From the NCBI GenBank assembly GCA_003152075.1, contig PLZG01000054.1, positions 21,067 to 85,066 of the forward strand: 64,000 nt of DNA. The letters are read 5' to 3'. This stretch comes from a candidate division FCPU426 bacterium (GTDB lineage: Bacteria > Oederibacteriota > Muellerivitia > Muellerivitales > Muellerivitaceae). The first letter of the stretch is position 1; the number at the start of each line of letters is the position of its first letter. Shown piece after piece: positions 25,772 to 34,724 of the stretch. The notes below the pieces were generated by a model. It was not told the origin of the DNA. It was given only the letters and a program-made list of their open reading frames with translations, and searched no databases. A program made the translations under genes and the position numbers.

Positions 25772-26628
25772 TACGGCGTCTCAGCTGTTGCCCGCCGCCC
25801 GGCGGATCCTTCGGATCGTTGAGATTCCACCTCGTTACCGGCCTGGTGGTGGCCGTCAGCCTGGCCGCCACCTTTCATTATTGCCTCTCCATGGCCGGGG
25901 GAATGGACATGCCCGGGGATTGGCGGATGTCCATGATGTGGATGCCCATGCCGGGTCAAAGTCGCCTGGACTCGGCACTGATGTTCCTTTCTATTTGGAT
26001 TGCCATGATGGTGGCCATGATGCTTCCCTCGTTGGCCGCCAAACTTCTACTCTTCTATCGCTCCCTCGTCTGGAAAAGGGCTCACCACCCGGGCCCATCC
26101 ACGGCAATGGTGGCAGGAGGCTATTTCATGGTTTGGACCGCCGTCGGCGCGGGGGTATATGCCTTGGGGTTTCCCTGGGCAATGGCGACCATGACCTGGC
26201 CGGGCTTAAGCCGGATGGTTCCTTTCCTCACCGGACTCGCGCTGGTCCTGGCGGGTGCCTACCAATTCGGGAAATGGAAAAGGGAAAAGTTGGGCCGTTG
26301 CCGCAACCTGCTGGTCTATGGCATGGCTCCCAAACACCCGCAGAAGTTCAATAAGAAGGGGGAATTACTCCCTGAAATCATCGAGGACGCGGGCTTGTGG
26401 GCCTCCTTAGTGGTGGGGCTCCAGCAGGGTTTGTCCTGTGTCGTTTGCTGCGCGGGTTCCATGGTGGTGCTGGTGGCCCTGGGGGCGATGAACCTGTACG
26501 TCATGCTGGCGGTGGCGATGGTGATCGCCTTGGAAAAGCTTTTGCCCAACCCAAAACCCGTGCTTTACATGACCGGTTCCTTCGCGATTGGCCTTGGGAC
26601 AGTCATGGTGATCAGGTCGTTATTTTAG
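25768..26628 (+). CDS. DUF2182 metal-binding membrane protein
   Basis: MMVAMMLPS, YQF..WK...L..CR, CV.CC, GAMNL, ALEKL; start uncertain. Confidence 0.88.
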   Translation: MIRRLSCCPPPGGSFGSLRFHLVTGLVVAVSLAATFHYCLSMAGGMDMPGDWRMSMMWMPMPGQSRLDSALMFLSIWIAMMVAMMLPSLAAKLLLFYRSLVWKRAHHPGPSTAMVAGGYFMVWTAVGAGVYALGFPWAMATMTWPGLSRMVPFLTGLALVLAGAYQFGKWKREKLGRCRNLLVYGMAPKHPQKFNKKGELLPEIIEDAGLWASLVVGLQQGLSCVVCCAGSMVVLVALGAMNLYVMLAVAMVIALEKLLPNPKPVLYMTGSFAIGLGTVMVIRSLF

Positions 26629-26644
26629 TTGGGGGGAGCCCCTA

Positions 26645-27394
26645 TTAGTTTTTTTTGGACAAGCAGAACATTATTTTTCCCACGTAATCCTGAAGCTTCG
26701 GATCGATGCCAAGTTTTTTTAAAGCTTTTGGTTCTTTTTTATACATTTCCATAAAACTAAGGCTCAAGTCAATGTCGCCCTTCGTAATGGCGTTGGCCAG
26801 CTTCTTCCATTGTCTGGCGAGCCTTAGAGCCTTGGGGTTATTGGGATGGGTCCCCCGAATCATTTCAGCCCGCACGGCCTTGATCAGTTTTGGCCACTTG
26901 GCCTGAATGGCCTTTAATTTCTTTTCTCCCAAAGCTTTTCTTCTTTCGGAAAGCTTCTCGAGTTGTTTCTTCGTGAAATATTTTTTATACATGTTTTCGT
27001 ACATGGTAATTGCCTCCATCGTTTTAATCACTTCATCCATCGAAAGTTTCTTCTTTGCCGCCAAGGCTTTCTCAAGTCTTGAAAGAAGTCCATACAATTG
27101 ATCGACTTTAACTTTTTCCTCCTCAATCCGTTTCTTGTGCGCTTGGATAATTTGGATGGGAAATATCTTTTTTTCGTCAAGGCAAAGCTTGATGTTTTCC
27201 AATGGAAGGCCCAATTGCTTCAGCGAGAGGATTTGTTGAAGCCTTAGTAAATCTTTTTCGCCGTAGATTCGATGTCCTGATTCCGTGCGGGCGGAAGGGG
27301 CCAGTAGGCTGATTTCTTCATAAAAGTGCAGGGTCCGGATGCTCAGACCCGTTGACTTCGCCAGTTCCCCGACTTTCCAGGCTTTTGTATCCAT
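26645..27394 (-). CDS. MerR-family regulator with TipAS-like C-terminal domain
   Basis: KVGELAK..GLSIRTLHFYEE, RTESGHRIY, P....A..LARQW. Confidence 0.92.
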   Translation of the reverse strand: MDTKAWKVGELAKSTGLSIRTLHFYEEISLLAPSARTESGHRIYGEKDLLRLQQILSLKQLGLPLENIKLCLDEKKIFPIQIIQAHKKRIEEEKVKVDQLYGLLSRLEKALAAKKKLSMDEVIKTMEAITMYENMYKKYFTKKQLEKLSERRKALGEKKLKAIQAKWPKLIKAVRAEMIRGTHPNNPKALRLARQWKKLANAITKGDIDLSLSFMEMYKKEPKALKKLGIDPKLQDYVGKIMFCLSKKN

Positions 27395-27401
27395 GGGGTT
27401 G

Positions 27402-27432
27402 AGTATAGAACCTCACTTAACGTGAGGTTCAA
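27402..27432 (-). promoter_or_regulatory. MerR-type promoter/operator
   Basis: TTGAAC-19 nt-TATACT with dyad AACCTCAC..GTGAGGTT; 7 nt before the ATG. Confidence 0.85.
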
Positions 27433-27520
27433 GCGTTAATTTGGGAAAAAGAAAGATTATTTAGAAAGGGCTGTAACCTTGCCAAAGCCTGCCGGGTAGG
27501 ATGAGGCGATAAGTCTAAAA

Positions 27521-27555
27521 CCCTCGCCCCTTGCGGGAGAGGGTAGGGTGAGGGG
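27521..27555. repeat. Family A repeat
   Basis: CCCTCGCCCCTTGCGGGAGAGGGTAGGGTGAGGGG. Confidence 0.85.
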
Positions 27556-27595
27556 TGATTTCTCAAATTGAAGACTACCCAATTTCGAGAAGGCG

Positions 27596-28072
27596 TTATT
27601 TCCCGTTCTTTGCGGCCTGTTTGAGTGTCTTGATGTCCAGTTTCTTCATAGGCATGAGAGCCTTCAGGACCCGGGCGGACCTTGCTTTGTCCTTGCCTTC
27701 CACAATCTTGCCCAGGAACGAGGGGACGATCTGCCAGCAAAGGCCGTATTTGTCCGTGAGCCAGCCGCATTGAATTTCCTTCCCGCCATCGGTGAGTTTT
27801 TCCCAGAGGGTGTCGATTTCTTTTTGGGCCTTGCAGGGCACCATGATAGAGACGGACATGTTGAATTGGTTTTGGGGGCCGGCGTTTAGGGCCAGGAATT
27901 CCTGCCCGTTGATTCGGAACCGCACGGTCAGCACTGACCCCGCGGGCTTGGGCATCCCCGGTCCGTAGTAGGCGATGTCCAGGATCTTGGACTTCTTGAA
28001 GACACCGCAATAAAAGCGCGCGGCGTCTTCCGCTTCGGTATCGAACCACAGGCAGGTCGTCATTTTCGGCAT
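27596..28072 (-). CDS. VOC/PhnB-like (3-demethylubiquinone-9 3-methyltransferase family) protein
   Basis: CLWFD..AE.AA.FY, F.ALN.GP, CGWL.DKYG..WQIVP, MKKLDI. Confidence 0.93.
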   Translation of the reverse strand: MPKMTTCLWFDTEAEDAARFYCGVFKKSKILDIAYYGPGMPKPAGSVLTVRFRINGQEFLALNAGPQNQFNMSVSIMVPCKAQKEIDTLWEKLTDGGKEIQCGWLTDKYGLCWQIVPSFLGKIVEGKDKARSARVLKALMPMKKLDIKTLKQAAKNGK

Positions 28073-28097
28073 GGGGAACTCCTTTAATTAAATTTTT

Positions 28098-28212
28098 CAC
28101 CACGGTGGTGCTTCGCGCCACACAGAGACACGGTTACGGCAGTAAAGAATTAAATTGATTAAAAATATCTTCTTTAACTGTGTCCTTGTGGTTCCGAAGG
28201 AACCTGTGGTGG
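28098..28212. repeat. Family B-like inverted repeat
   Basis: CACCACGG..ACACAGAGACACGG...CTGTGTCCTTGTG..CTGTGGTG. Confidence 0.6.
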
Positions 28213-28361
28213 AATTGGGTCTTAGTCTAAAAAGCATTCAAGCATGGGGAAAGTCACGGATGCAATAGCCGGAATAAAAGAACAAGGTTAAATCCGCGAT
28301 GGAAAGGAGAAAAGGTTTCGTAGGGGGCGGGCCTTAGCCCGCCCTGGTTCCCTTTATTTCT

Positions 28362-28787
28362 CTATTTAGTGAATTGTTTCTCGAGGTTTCCCATTAACCA
28401 GTTCCAGCCCTTCTCATGGCTCTTACCAAAGCTGTCATCGGGAAGGTTCGCGTGATGGACAGTCACCAGCGTATCCTTGCCCTGTTTCTGAAAGGTAACG
28501 GTCACCTTTGATTCGATGCCCCTGGTGTAGCGGGACATCCAGGTTTGCTGGATTCTTTTGCCGGGGGATAGGCTTAGGAATTGGCCATAGTGGGCGGTTT
28601 CCATACCTTCTTTTCTTGTCTTAAAGTAAAAGAGGCCTCCGAGTTTGGGCTTGTAAACATGGCTAATGGAAATGCTACAGGGATTGCAGGGGCTCTTGGG
28701 GTCCAGCCAAGCCTTATAGACCTGGGCGGGGGAGGCAGGGATGGTCCGCTTGAGGGTAACCCCCATGGTTTTCATGTGTTCTTTCAT
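28362..28787 (-). CDS. SRPBCC/AHSA1 domain protein
   Basis: R.IPASP..VY.AW.DP, HYG.FL, S.VTVTF, HE.GW. Confidence 0.9.
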   Translation of the reverse strand: MKEHMKTMGVTLKRTIPASPAQVYKAWLDPKSPCNPCSISISHVYKPKLGGLFYFKTRKEGMETAHYGQFLSLSPGKRIQQTWMSRYTRGIESKVTVTFQKQGKDTLVTVHHANLPDDSFGKSHEKGWNWLMGNLEKQFTK

Positions 28788-28799
28788 GATGGCTTCCCC

Positions 28800-29234
28800 C
28801 TATTTTCGCTTTTTGGTGAATTGTTTTAAGAGATTATCCAAATACCAGTTCCAGCCCCAATCGTGCATCCGGCCGAAGCTGTCATCGGGGAGGTTCGAGT
28901 GATGGACGGTTACCAGCGTATCCTTACCCTGTTTCTTGAAGGTCGTTGTCACCTTCGACTCGATGCCCCTGGTGTAGCGGCCAATCCAGGTTTGCTGGAT
29001 CATTTTGCCGGGGGACAGAGTAAGGAATTGGCCATAGTGGGGAATTTCCATTCCATCGTTCCTGGCCACAAAGTAAAAGAGGCCTTTGAGCTTGGGCTTG
29101 TAAACCATCCGAAGGGAGCCATTAGCGGGATTGCAGGGGCTTTTGGGATCCAACCATTCCTTATAGACCTGGGCGGGGGACGCTGGAATGGTTCGCTTCA
29201 AGGTTAAAGCCATGGTTTTCATGTGCTCTTTCAT
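28800..29234 (-). CDS. SRPBCC/AHSA1 domain protein (tandem paralog)
   Basis: Highly similar to 28362-28787 at DNA and protein level. Confidence 0.9.
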   Translation of the reverse strand: MKEHMKTMALTLKRTIPASPAQVYKEWLDPKSPCNPANGSLRMVYKPKLKGLFYFVARNDGMEIPHYGQFLTLSPGKMIQQTWIGRYTRGIESKVTTTFKKQGKDTLVTVHHSNLPDDSFGRMHDWGWNWYLDNLLKQFTKKRK

Positions 29235-29563
29235 AATTTCTTCCTCCCTTTTTTCTTATTTTTAAAGTGTTTTTCCACTTTATCCAAATGCTCGCTCCAG
29301 AACTTCTCGTACTCGTGCAGCCAGGTCTTGACCAAACGCAGGGGCTCGGGCCTGACGGCGATGAGATGCTCCCGGCCCTGTTTTTCCCGGTGGACCAGCC
29401 CAGCCACCTCCAAAACCTTCAAATGCTTGGAAACGGCGTTCAGGGACATGTCAAAGGGCTCGGCGATTTCGGTGACCCTGGCGGGCCCCTCCACCAGCCT
29501 GAGGATAATTTCCCTCCGGGAGGGATCGGCAATCGCGGCTAGAACAGCGTTGAGGTTATCCAT
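29231..29563 (-). CDS. ArsR/SmtB-family regulator
   Basis: AIADPSRR.I, F.MSL.AVSKHLKVLE.AGLV; ATG at 29563. Confidence 0.93.
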   Translation of the reverse strand: MDNLNAVLAAIADPSRREIILRLVEGPARVTEIAEPFDMSLNAVSKHLKVLEVAGLVHREKQGREHLIAVRPEPLRLVKTWLHEYEKFWSEHLDKVEKHFKNKKKGRKKL

Positions 29564-29565
29564 GG

Positions 29566-29593
29566 ATTCATTCAACCATATGGTTGAATGAAT
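29566..29593. promoter_or_regulatory. ArsR operator (perfect 28-bp palindrome)
   Basis: ATTCATTCAACCATATGGTTGAATGAAT immediately before the arsR ATG. Confidence 0.85.
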
Positions 29594-29674
29594 TGCAAGC
29601 ACTATTTTGTAATAAGTTTTGAGATGGGCAGGAAAAAATCCCTCGTGGGCTGATTGAGGGTCCTTGATTAGGGC

Positions 29675-30256
29675 CTAAGTTTTGCGGGTGCAGAGCACCA
29701 ACCCGGTCGACCAATTCATTTTACAAACATGAAAATCTTTTAACCCTTCTAATTTTCCGAGCAGTTCGTCGACCGATTGCTGATGCCCTTCCGGCCAATT
29801 GGGCTGGGGAAGCATATCATCCAAGATATAAAACCCGCCGGGAGCGACGAGGCGGAGTGTTTCCTCTAAGGTGTTATATTTTCCAGGCCATGAGTCGGCA
29901 AAAATGAAATCAAAGGTTTGGCCCGCCAATGACTTAATTAATTCAATGCCATCGGCAAATTGAAGGGTCAGCCTGGTGTCAGAACTTAGAAATTTCTTCG
30001 CTACGGAAACAAATTCAGGGTTGTTATCCACCGACAACAAAGTGGATTGGGAATCCATCCCGTTCAAGATCCATGCAGCCGATAATCCCGTACCCGTTCC
30101 GATCTCCAAAAACCTTCCCTTGGGTTTGGTGGCCGCCAAGGTTTGCAACAAATTACCCGTTAAGACGTCCGAAGCCATATTGAAATTCATGGACTTGGAC
30201 ACTTTCAACAGGTCAAAGTATTTGGCGGGATATCTAATCGTTGCTTCATTATTCAA
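29675..30256 (-). CDS. O-methyltransferase (YrrM-like)
   Basis: LEIGTGTGLS, FDFIFADSWPGKY, DDMLPQPNWP. Confidence 0.9.
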   Translation of the reverse strand: MNNEATIRYPAKYFDLLKVSKSMNFNMASDVLTGNLLQTLAATKPKGRFLEIGTGTGLSAAWILNGMDSQSTLLSVDNNPEFVSVAKKFLSSDTRLTLQFADGIELIKSLAGQTFDFIFADSWPGKYNTLEETLRLVAPGGFYILDDMLPQPNWPEGHQQSVDELLGKLEGLKDFHVCKMNWSTGLVLCTRKT

Positions 30257-30312
30257 AACAAAACTCCTTTTGTGATTCTATCTACTGTCCGCGATAGGCC
30301 ATTTTCTAGAAA

Positions 30313-30349
30313 CCCTCGCCCCTTGCGGGAGAGGGTAGGGTGAGGGGGG
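30313..30349. repeat. Family A repeat
   Basis: Same unit as at 27521. Confidence 0.85.
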
Positions 30350-30358
30350 ATTCTTTCC

Positions 30359-30943
30359 TTATCGAATCTCAATCCATCCGATTTTATCCAACTTGCGATG
30401 TTTTCCATTCAAATCCATTCCATAGCCAAAGAGCCAGTAATCTTTAATCCCCTTTTGGGCCAACTTCTTATGATTGAGGCCCAATTCAATCCCGCAAAAG
30501 TCCACTGGCCCGCCATGGGACTTATATTTCTTTATGAAGACAGCAGTTTTTACCTCGGGAGCGCCTAAGCGGATTATTTCCTTTTTTAGGGTTTGGAGGG
30601 TTAATCCCGAATCCACCAGGTCGTCCACGATCAAAACAGGGAATTGACGGATTGTTTTTGGGTCCAGCTTGCCCATCTGCCACTTGCGGTTCTTTAAAAG
30701 TTTTGTTCCCTTTGTTCCAATGACTCGGATTTCATGTATTTTTATCTTAACTTCCGGCATCAACTTTTTGAGGCTTTGGACAAGGTCCCGAGTAAATTGA
30801 CGGGCGCCTTCCAGAACGGAAACAAAATTCAAAGATTTTTTGTTGTAGTTTCGAAACCAAAGGGAGATTTGCTGGGCGATTCCTTTTACTTATGTTTGAA
30901 TCGCATCTTTATTGAAAATGATTTTTGGGGCTGGTGATGACAT
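30359..30943 (-). pseudogene. hpt: Hypoxanthine phosphoribosyltransferase-like gene with an in-frame TAA at 30890-30892
   Basis: MSSPAPKIIFNKDAIQT*VKGIAQQI..VSVLEGA..F..DL reads in one frame; VLIVDDLVDSGLTL, GYGMD. Confidence 0.75.
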
Positions 30944-31025
30944 GGCGAAGATTTTAGCACAGGTGAGAAAATCGAGGTTGGGCCGATAAAGCTCTTCCAA
31001 TAAAAAGAAAAACGGCTCGAGTGCC

Positions 31026-31843
31026 CTAATATTTTTTTTGTCCTCTGCTTTTCCGTTCTTCTTGTTTTTCAAAAAAGTCCTTAAAAGCTCCTTTTGCACC
31101 TTCGAAATAACCAGTTTTTTCAAATTGAACTGTTGGGACGTTTACAGTGCCGTCTTTTTTGATTCGAATACCGAACAATTCTTCGGGGGTGCTTTGACCT
31201 TCCCCTTTTTCTTTAAATACATCGAAAGAAAAACCGCAACCATAAAAACTGATCATTTTAAAATTATGTGTGTAGTTGGTATTGTTATAAGGAAAAATTA
31301 GTAAGTCACTATATTCGCTTTTTAAAAATATTTTAAACCAGATTGGAAATGTTGAATCGTCCAACTTGGTGTCGTCTAAATAAATTTCCTTAAATTCGTT
31401 GTATTGTTTAGCGGTTAGAATAGCGTCAAGTTCTTTTGGGCGAGCTAAATGAGTTCTTATAATAATTCCAAAAACAAATTTTTGAATCTTCCGAAAATTC
31501 AGGCCTGACCAATTTAAAAATTCAAAGTGTTCATTTCTTATTGGAAGAAATATTTTTTTTTAGTGATGAATTTTCTTTCTTTGGAGTTCGGAGCGTCGTC
31601 GGTTAAAACTTTACTGGCGTAATTATCGTCGTCTGAAAAACCATCTTCGCAATTTTCACAAATAAAATCTTTTTTATAACCCTTTTGATGAATTCGTATC
31701 GTGCCTTCTTTCATGTTCATGAGATGTAATCTGCGTTTTCCGTTCATTTGTTTATAAAAGGGTTTATACATCCACTCAGGCACTACATGACTGTTTGTTT
31801 TGAGCTTGTTTACGGTTTTTTCACAAAATGCACAAACCGGCAT
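31026..31843 (-). pseudogene. HNH-like zinc-binding protein split by a frameshift at an A9 tract (31553-31561)
   Basis: CAFC..SHVVP..CENCE; adding one A joins the 101-aa and 112-aa ORFs through an open intervening frame into 272 aa. Confidence 0.75.
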
Positions 31844-31920
31844 AGTTTCCTCCTAGATGAAATGTCTTTGAGGTTTGAAAAGTTGGCAGTTGTTCGTTGT
31901 GAGGATAAAAATAGAATTTT

Positions 31921-32340
31921 TTATCTCGATAGAACGAATGTTGATTGTTCGACCCAACCCACTAATTTAAATGCGTAATAAACTCTTATCGAGTTATCAT
32001 TCTCTTTTTTGAAAATGAGTCTTTGGTAGGGCCTGAGATTGATGTTGATTTTATTTTCTGAAACAAACTTTTGTAATTCGTCTTTGTCATTGGGCCATCT
32101 GGAATATTTTTTCTGAAAAGACAGAATGAGCTCGTATAACGCAAGTCTGCCAACCGGCCCAGTATAGTTATCGTGATCGCCTAATAAGAGCTTTGAAGAA
32201 ATGTATCCGAGGAAAGCCAAAACTACGATAAGAAAAAGAATTGCTAGTATTGCTGAAATTCTTTCCTTCAAACTCATATTTAGAATATCAAGGATAAACT
32301 CACTGTGATTTTTTGGAGGTTTTTGCTTAGCGAACGTCAT
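31921..32340 (-). CDS. Hypothetical single-TM protein (AT-rich)
   Basis: One TM, Y..WP....EL motif; start may be 32277. Confidence 0.6.
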   Translation of the reverse strand: MTFAKQKPPKNHSEFILDILNMSLKERISAILAILFLIVVLAFLGYISSKLLLGDHDNYTGPVGRLALYELILSFQKKYSRWPNDKDELQKFVSENKININLRPYQRLIFKKENDNSIRVYYAFKLVGWVEQSTFVLSR

Positions 32341-33802
32341 GTCCCGTTAGGACAGCAGCGCCGCGTTTGGCGAGTTCCCAGCCGCCTTTTAGATTCCAAA
32401 GGGGGTCGGTGAGGCGGATTTTGGAGAGCAAATACTTGGGACGGAACAGTAGTTCCCGGTAGGCTTCCTTACGCATCTTGATAAGGTCTTCGCCCGTCAG
32501 GGCCTCGGTGCGCACCACCGGCTCGGGGGCTAGCGGGGAATAACGCGACCAGTCCTTGTGCAGTAAATAACCCTTCTCGTCATACCAGGGGTACATTTCC
32601 GTGTTCGGCCAGGGTGTGGAGAAGCAGATTTGTGTATAGAAGGGGTCGATATCCTTGATGAAATCAACGGTCTGGCGCCAGGTTTCGCGCGTTTCCCCGG
32701 GCAGGCCCAGGATGGTCATTCCATAAAAGAGGATGTCCGCTTCCTTGCAGGCCATGGCGCATTTGCGGATATCGTCCTTGGTTACGCCCTTGTTGATGTT
32801 TTCTAGGATGACTTCCGAGCCGCTCTCGATACCCACCGCCAGCTCACGGCAGCCCGAGTCGCGCATCAATTTCAGCGAGGCCACATCGGTCAGGTTGGCC
32901 CGGGTACAGCAGACCCATTCCATGTTCACTTCGTCCTTGATGAGCTCGGTGGCTAGTTCGGCGGTTTGATTGGAGTTCAAGGCCAGCAGGTCGTCGAAGA
33001 AAAGCACGTTCTTGGCGCCGAAGGACTTTTTCAACCACTTGAGTTCCTCAGCCACATGGGCATGGGGACGAGGACGGTATTTTTCCAAGGCGTAAGCGCA
33101 AAAGGTACAGCCAAAGGGACAGCCCCTGGAAGTTTGGATCATCACGAAGTGGTCATGGAAGACGCCGGTGTGGTAAGGGGCGATGGAAGGAAGCATGTCG
33201 TAAGCCGGGAAGGGCGCCAAGGAAACATCCATCAAGGCGAAGGGCGGTGTTTTCTGGAAGCCTTCTTTTTCATTGTAGTAGGTCAAGCCGGGGACACCGG
33301 AAAACCAGCCGGTGGACTTGGGGGGCAGTTTGCCCTCGGGGGTTAATTCGGATTCCAACCTCTTGGCCAGGGTGGGCAGGAGGGCGTCCAGCTCGCCCAT
33401 CAGGTAAAGGTCCACTTCGGGGCGGCGGGTGATGGTTTCCACGAACCAGGGCACTTCGGAGATCATCTTATTGCGGATGACGGTGACGCAATCGGGGTTG
33501 GTGGCCTTGGCCAACTGAAGAACTTTTAAATCCTCTTCCTGGCAGTCGAAGGCCATGCGGGCCACGACCATGTGGGGTTCCCAGGAGCTCATCGTGCGGG
33601 CGATATCTTCCAGTTTCAGGTCGAATCCGTTGGCGTCGATAACTTTTACGTCGAAACCGGCTTGGCGCAATGAAGCGGCGCCTTGGAGGATGGAAAGGGG
33701 AGGATAGACCGAGCCCACGTCGCGGTGCTCGTAACGTTCCTCACGCACGACCGGCAGGCCCTTAACCCGGGGAGGATTGACCAGCAAAATTCTTAGCTTC
33801 AT
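32327..33802 (-). CDS. B12-binding radical SAM protein
   Basis: LLVNPP, PPL, SRGCPFGCTFC, FFDD, GIESGS, GLPGET. Confidence 0.95.
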   Translation of the reverse strand: MKLRILLVNPPRVKGLPVVREERYEHRDVGSVYPPLSILQGAASLRQAGFDVKVIDANGFDLKLEDIARTMSSWEPHMVVARMAFDCQEEDLKVLQLAKATNPDCVTVIRNKMISEVPWFVETITRRPEVDLYLMGELDALLPTLAKRLESELTPEGKLPPKSTGWFSGVPGLTYYNEKEGFQKTPPFALMDVSLAPFPAYDMLPSIAPYHTGVFHDHFVMIQTSRGCPFGCTFCAYALEKYRPRPHAHVAEELKWLKKSFGAKNVLFFDDLLALNSNQTAELATELIKDEVNMEWVCCTRANLTDVASLKLMRDSGCRELAVGIESGSEVILENINKGVTKDDIRKCAMACKEADILFYGMTILGLPGETRETWRQTVDFIKDIDPFYTQICFSTPWPNTEMYPWYDEKGYLLHKDWSRYSPLAPEPVVRTEALTGEDLIKMRKEAYRELLFRPKYLLSKIRLTDPLWNLKGGWELAKRGAAVLTGHDVR

Positions 33803-33860
33803 TGTTCTCGATACTCCTGATGGGTAATTATACCAGTGCTCTTAAAAAGTTTTGCCATAG

Positions 33861-33961
33861 TTTTGAGTTCTAAGTTTTGAGTGTTGAGTTATGGTCATTT
33901 TTCATCGGTTTTTGATGAAAAATCTCATTAACTTAAAACTAAGAACTTAGAACTCAAAACT
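33861..33961. repeat. Inverted heptamer arrays (family C)
   Basis: (GTTTTGA)n-like array facing (AACTCAA/AACTTAG)n. Confidence 0.75.
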
Positions 33962-33968
33962 GTAGGGG

Positions 33969-34724
33969 TTAGTTGTTGGCGTCGAGGCGGTATTTGGCGA
34001 AGGCAGCCTGGGCATCCATATTGGTGGCGTCCCTCAAGTCCTGCCACCTTTGAAGCTTGCCCGAGTAGTTCAAGTCCCGCAGGGTCATTTCGGTCACGTT
34101 GTCGTTGAAATGCCATTCCTTCAAGTCAACATCGGCCCCCAGGGATTCGGCGCCTGTGGTGGTAGGGCGCTTCCATCGACGGAAATTATTGACCCAGTCC
34201 GTGAAAGAAAGCTTCTGCGCGTCGGCTCCATCCCAGGTGGTGGAAATGAAATAAAGCTTCTTATTCGGGATGAAAAAGAGCAGGTCCATGGAGCTGGCCC
34301 CCGACAGGCCGTTTAATACGGAAAGGGTGGTGATGCCGAATTGCGGGTCCCCATTGAAAGGGCGGAGGGTTGTCTTCATCTCTGGCAGTTTCTTCTTCAT
34401 GGCGGGATGCTTCTTAAGAATCTCCTCCAGGGTCTTACCGGGGTTATCCTTGAGCAATTCGCCCAGGTTCAGGAGGGGGTATTTTTCCATCACCTCATCC
34501 AGGGTCATTCCCAGCGAAAGGTTCACCACGTCGCGGGGAAGGGGGATCTTGGGGCCGGCGAACAGGCTTTGAAAGGCCCCGCCGCTCCAAAGGGCGAACA
34601 GGATCAGGACGCCGAAAATAAAGGCCAGTACTTTCCACTTCCATCCCGGGGTGGCGGGGGCGGAAGAGGAGGCTGGTTTTTCGCTGGGCGATTTAATGTG
34701 TTGTTGCGGCTTGGGGCGTGGCAT
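33969..34724 (-). CDS. Hypothetical single-TM periplasmic protein
   Basis: TM then LSLGMTLDEV motif; ATG at 34724 overlaps the upstream gene end. Confidence 0.75.
   Translation of the reverse strand: MPRPKPQQHIKSPSEKPASSSAPATPGWKWKVLAFIFGVLILFALWSGGAFQSLFAGPKIPLPRDVVNLSLGMTLDEVMEKYPLLNLGELLKDNPGKTLEEILKKHPAMKKKLPEMKTTLRPFNGDPQFGITTLSVLNGLSGASSMDLLFFIPNKKLYFISTTWDGADAQKLSFTDWVNNFRRWKRPTTTGAESLGADVDLKEWHFNDNVTEMTLRDLNYSGKLQRWQDLRDATNMDAQAAFAKYRLDANN

Noticed and set aside
30890..30892. Stop-codon reassignment or read-through
   Set aside because: TAA, TAG and TGA all terminate conserved genes in this window; this is a single lesion
29675..32340. Prophage or integrative element
   Set aside because: AT-rich patch, but no integrase, transposase, att repeats or phage genes are visible
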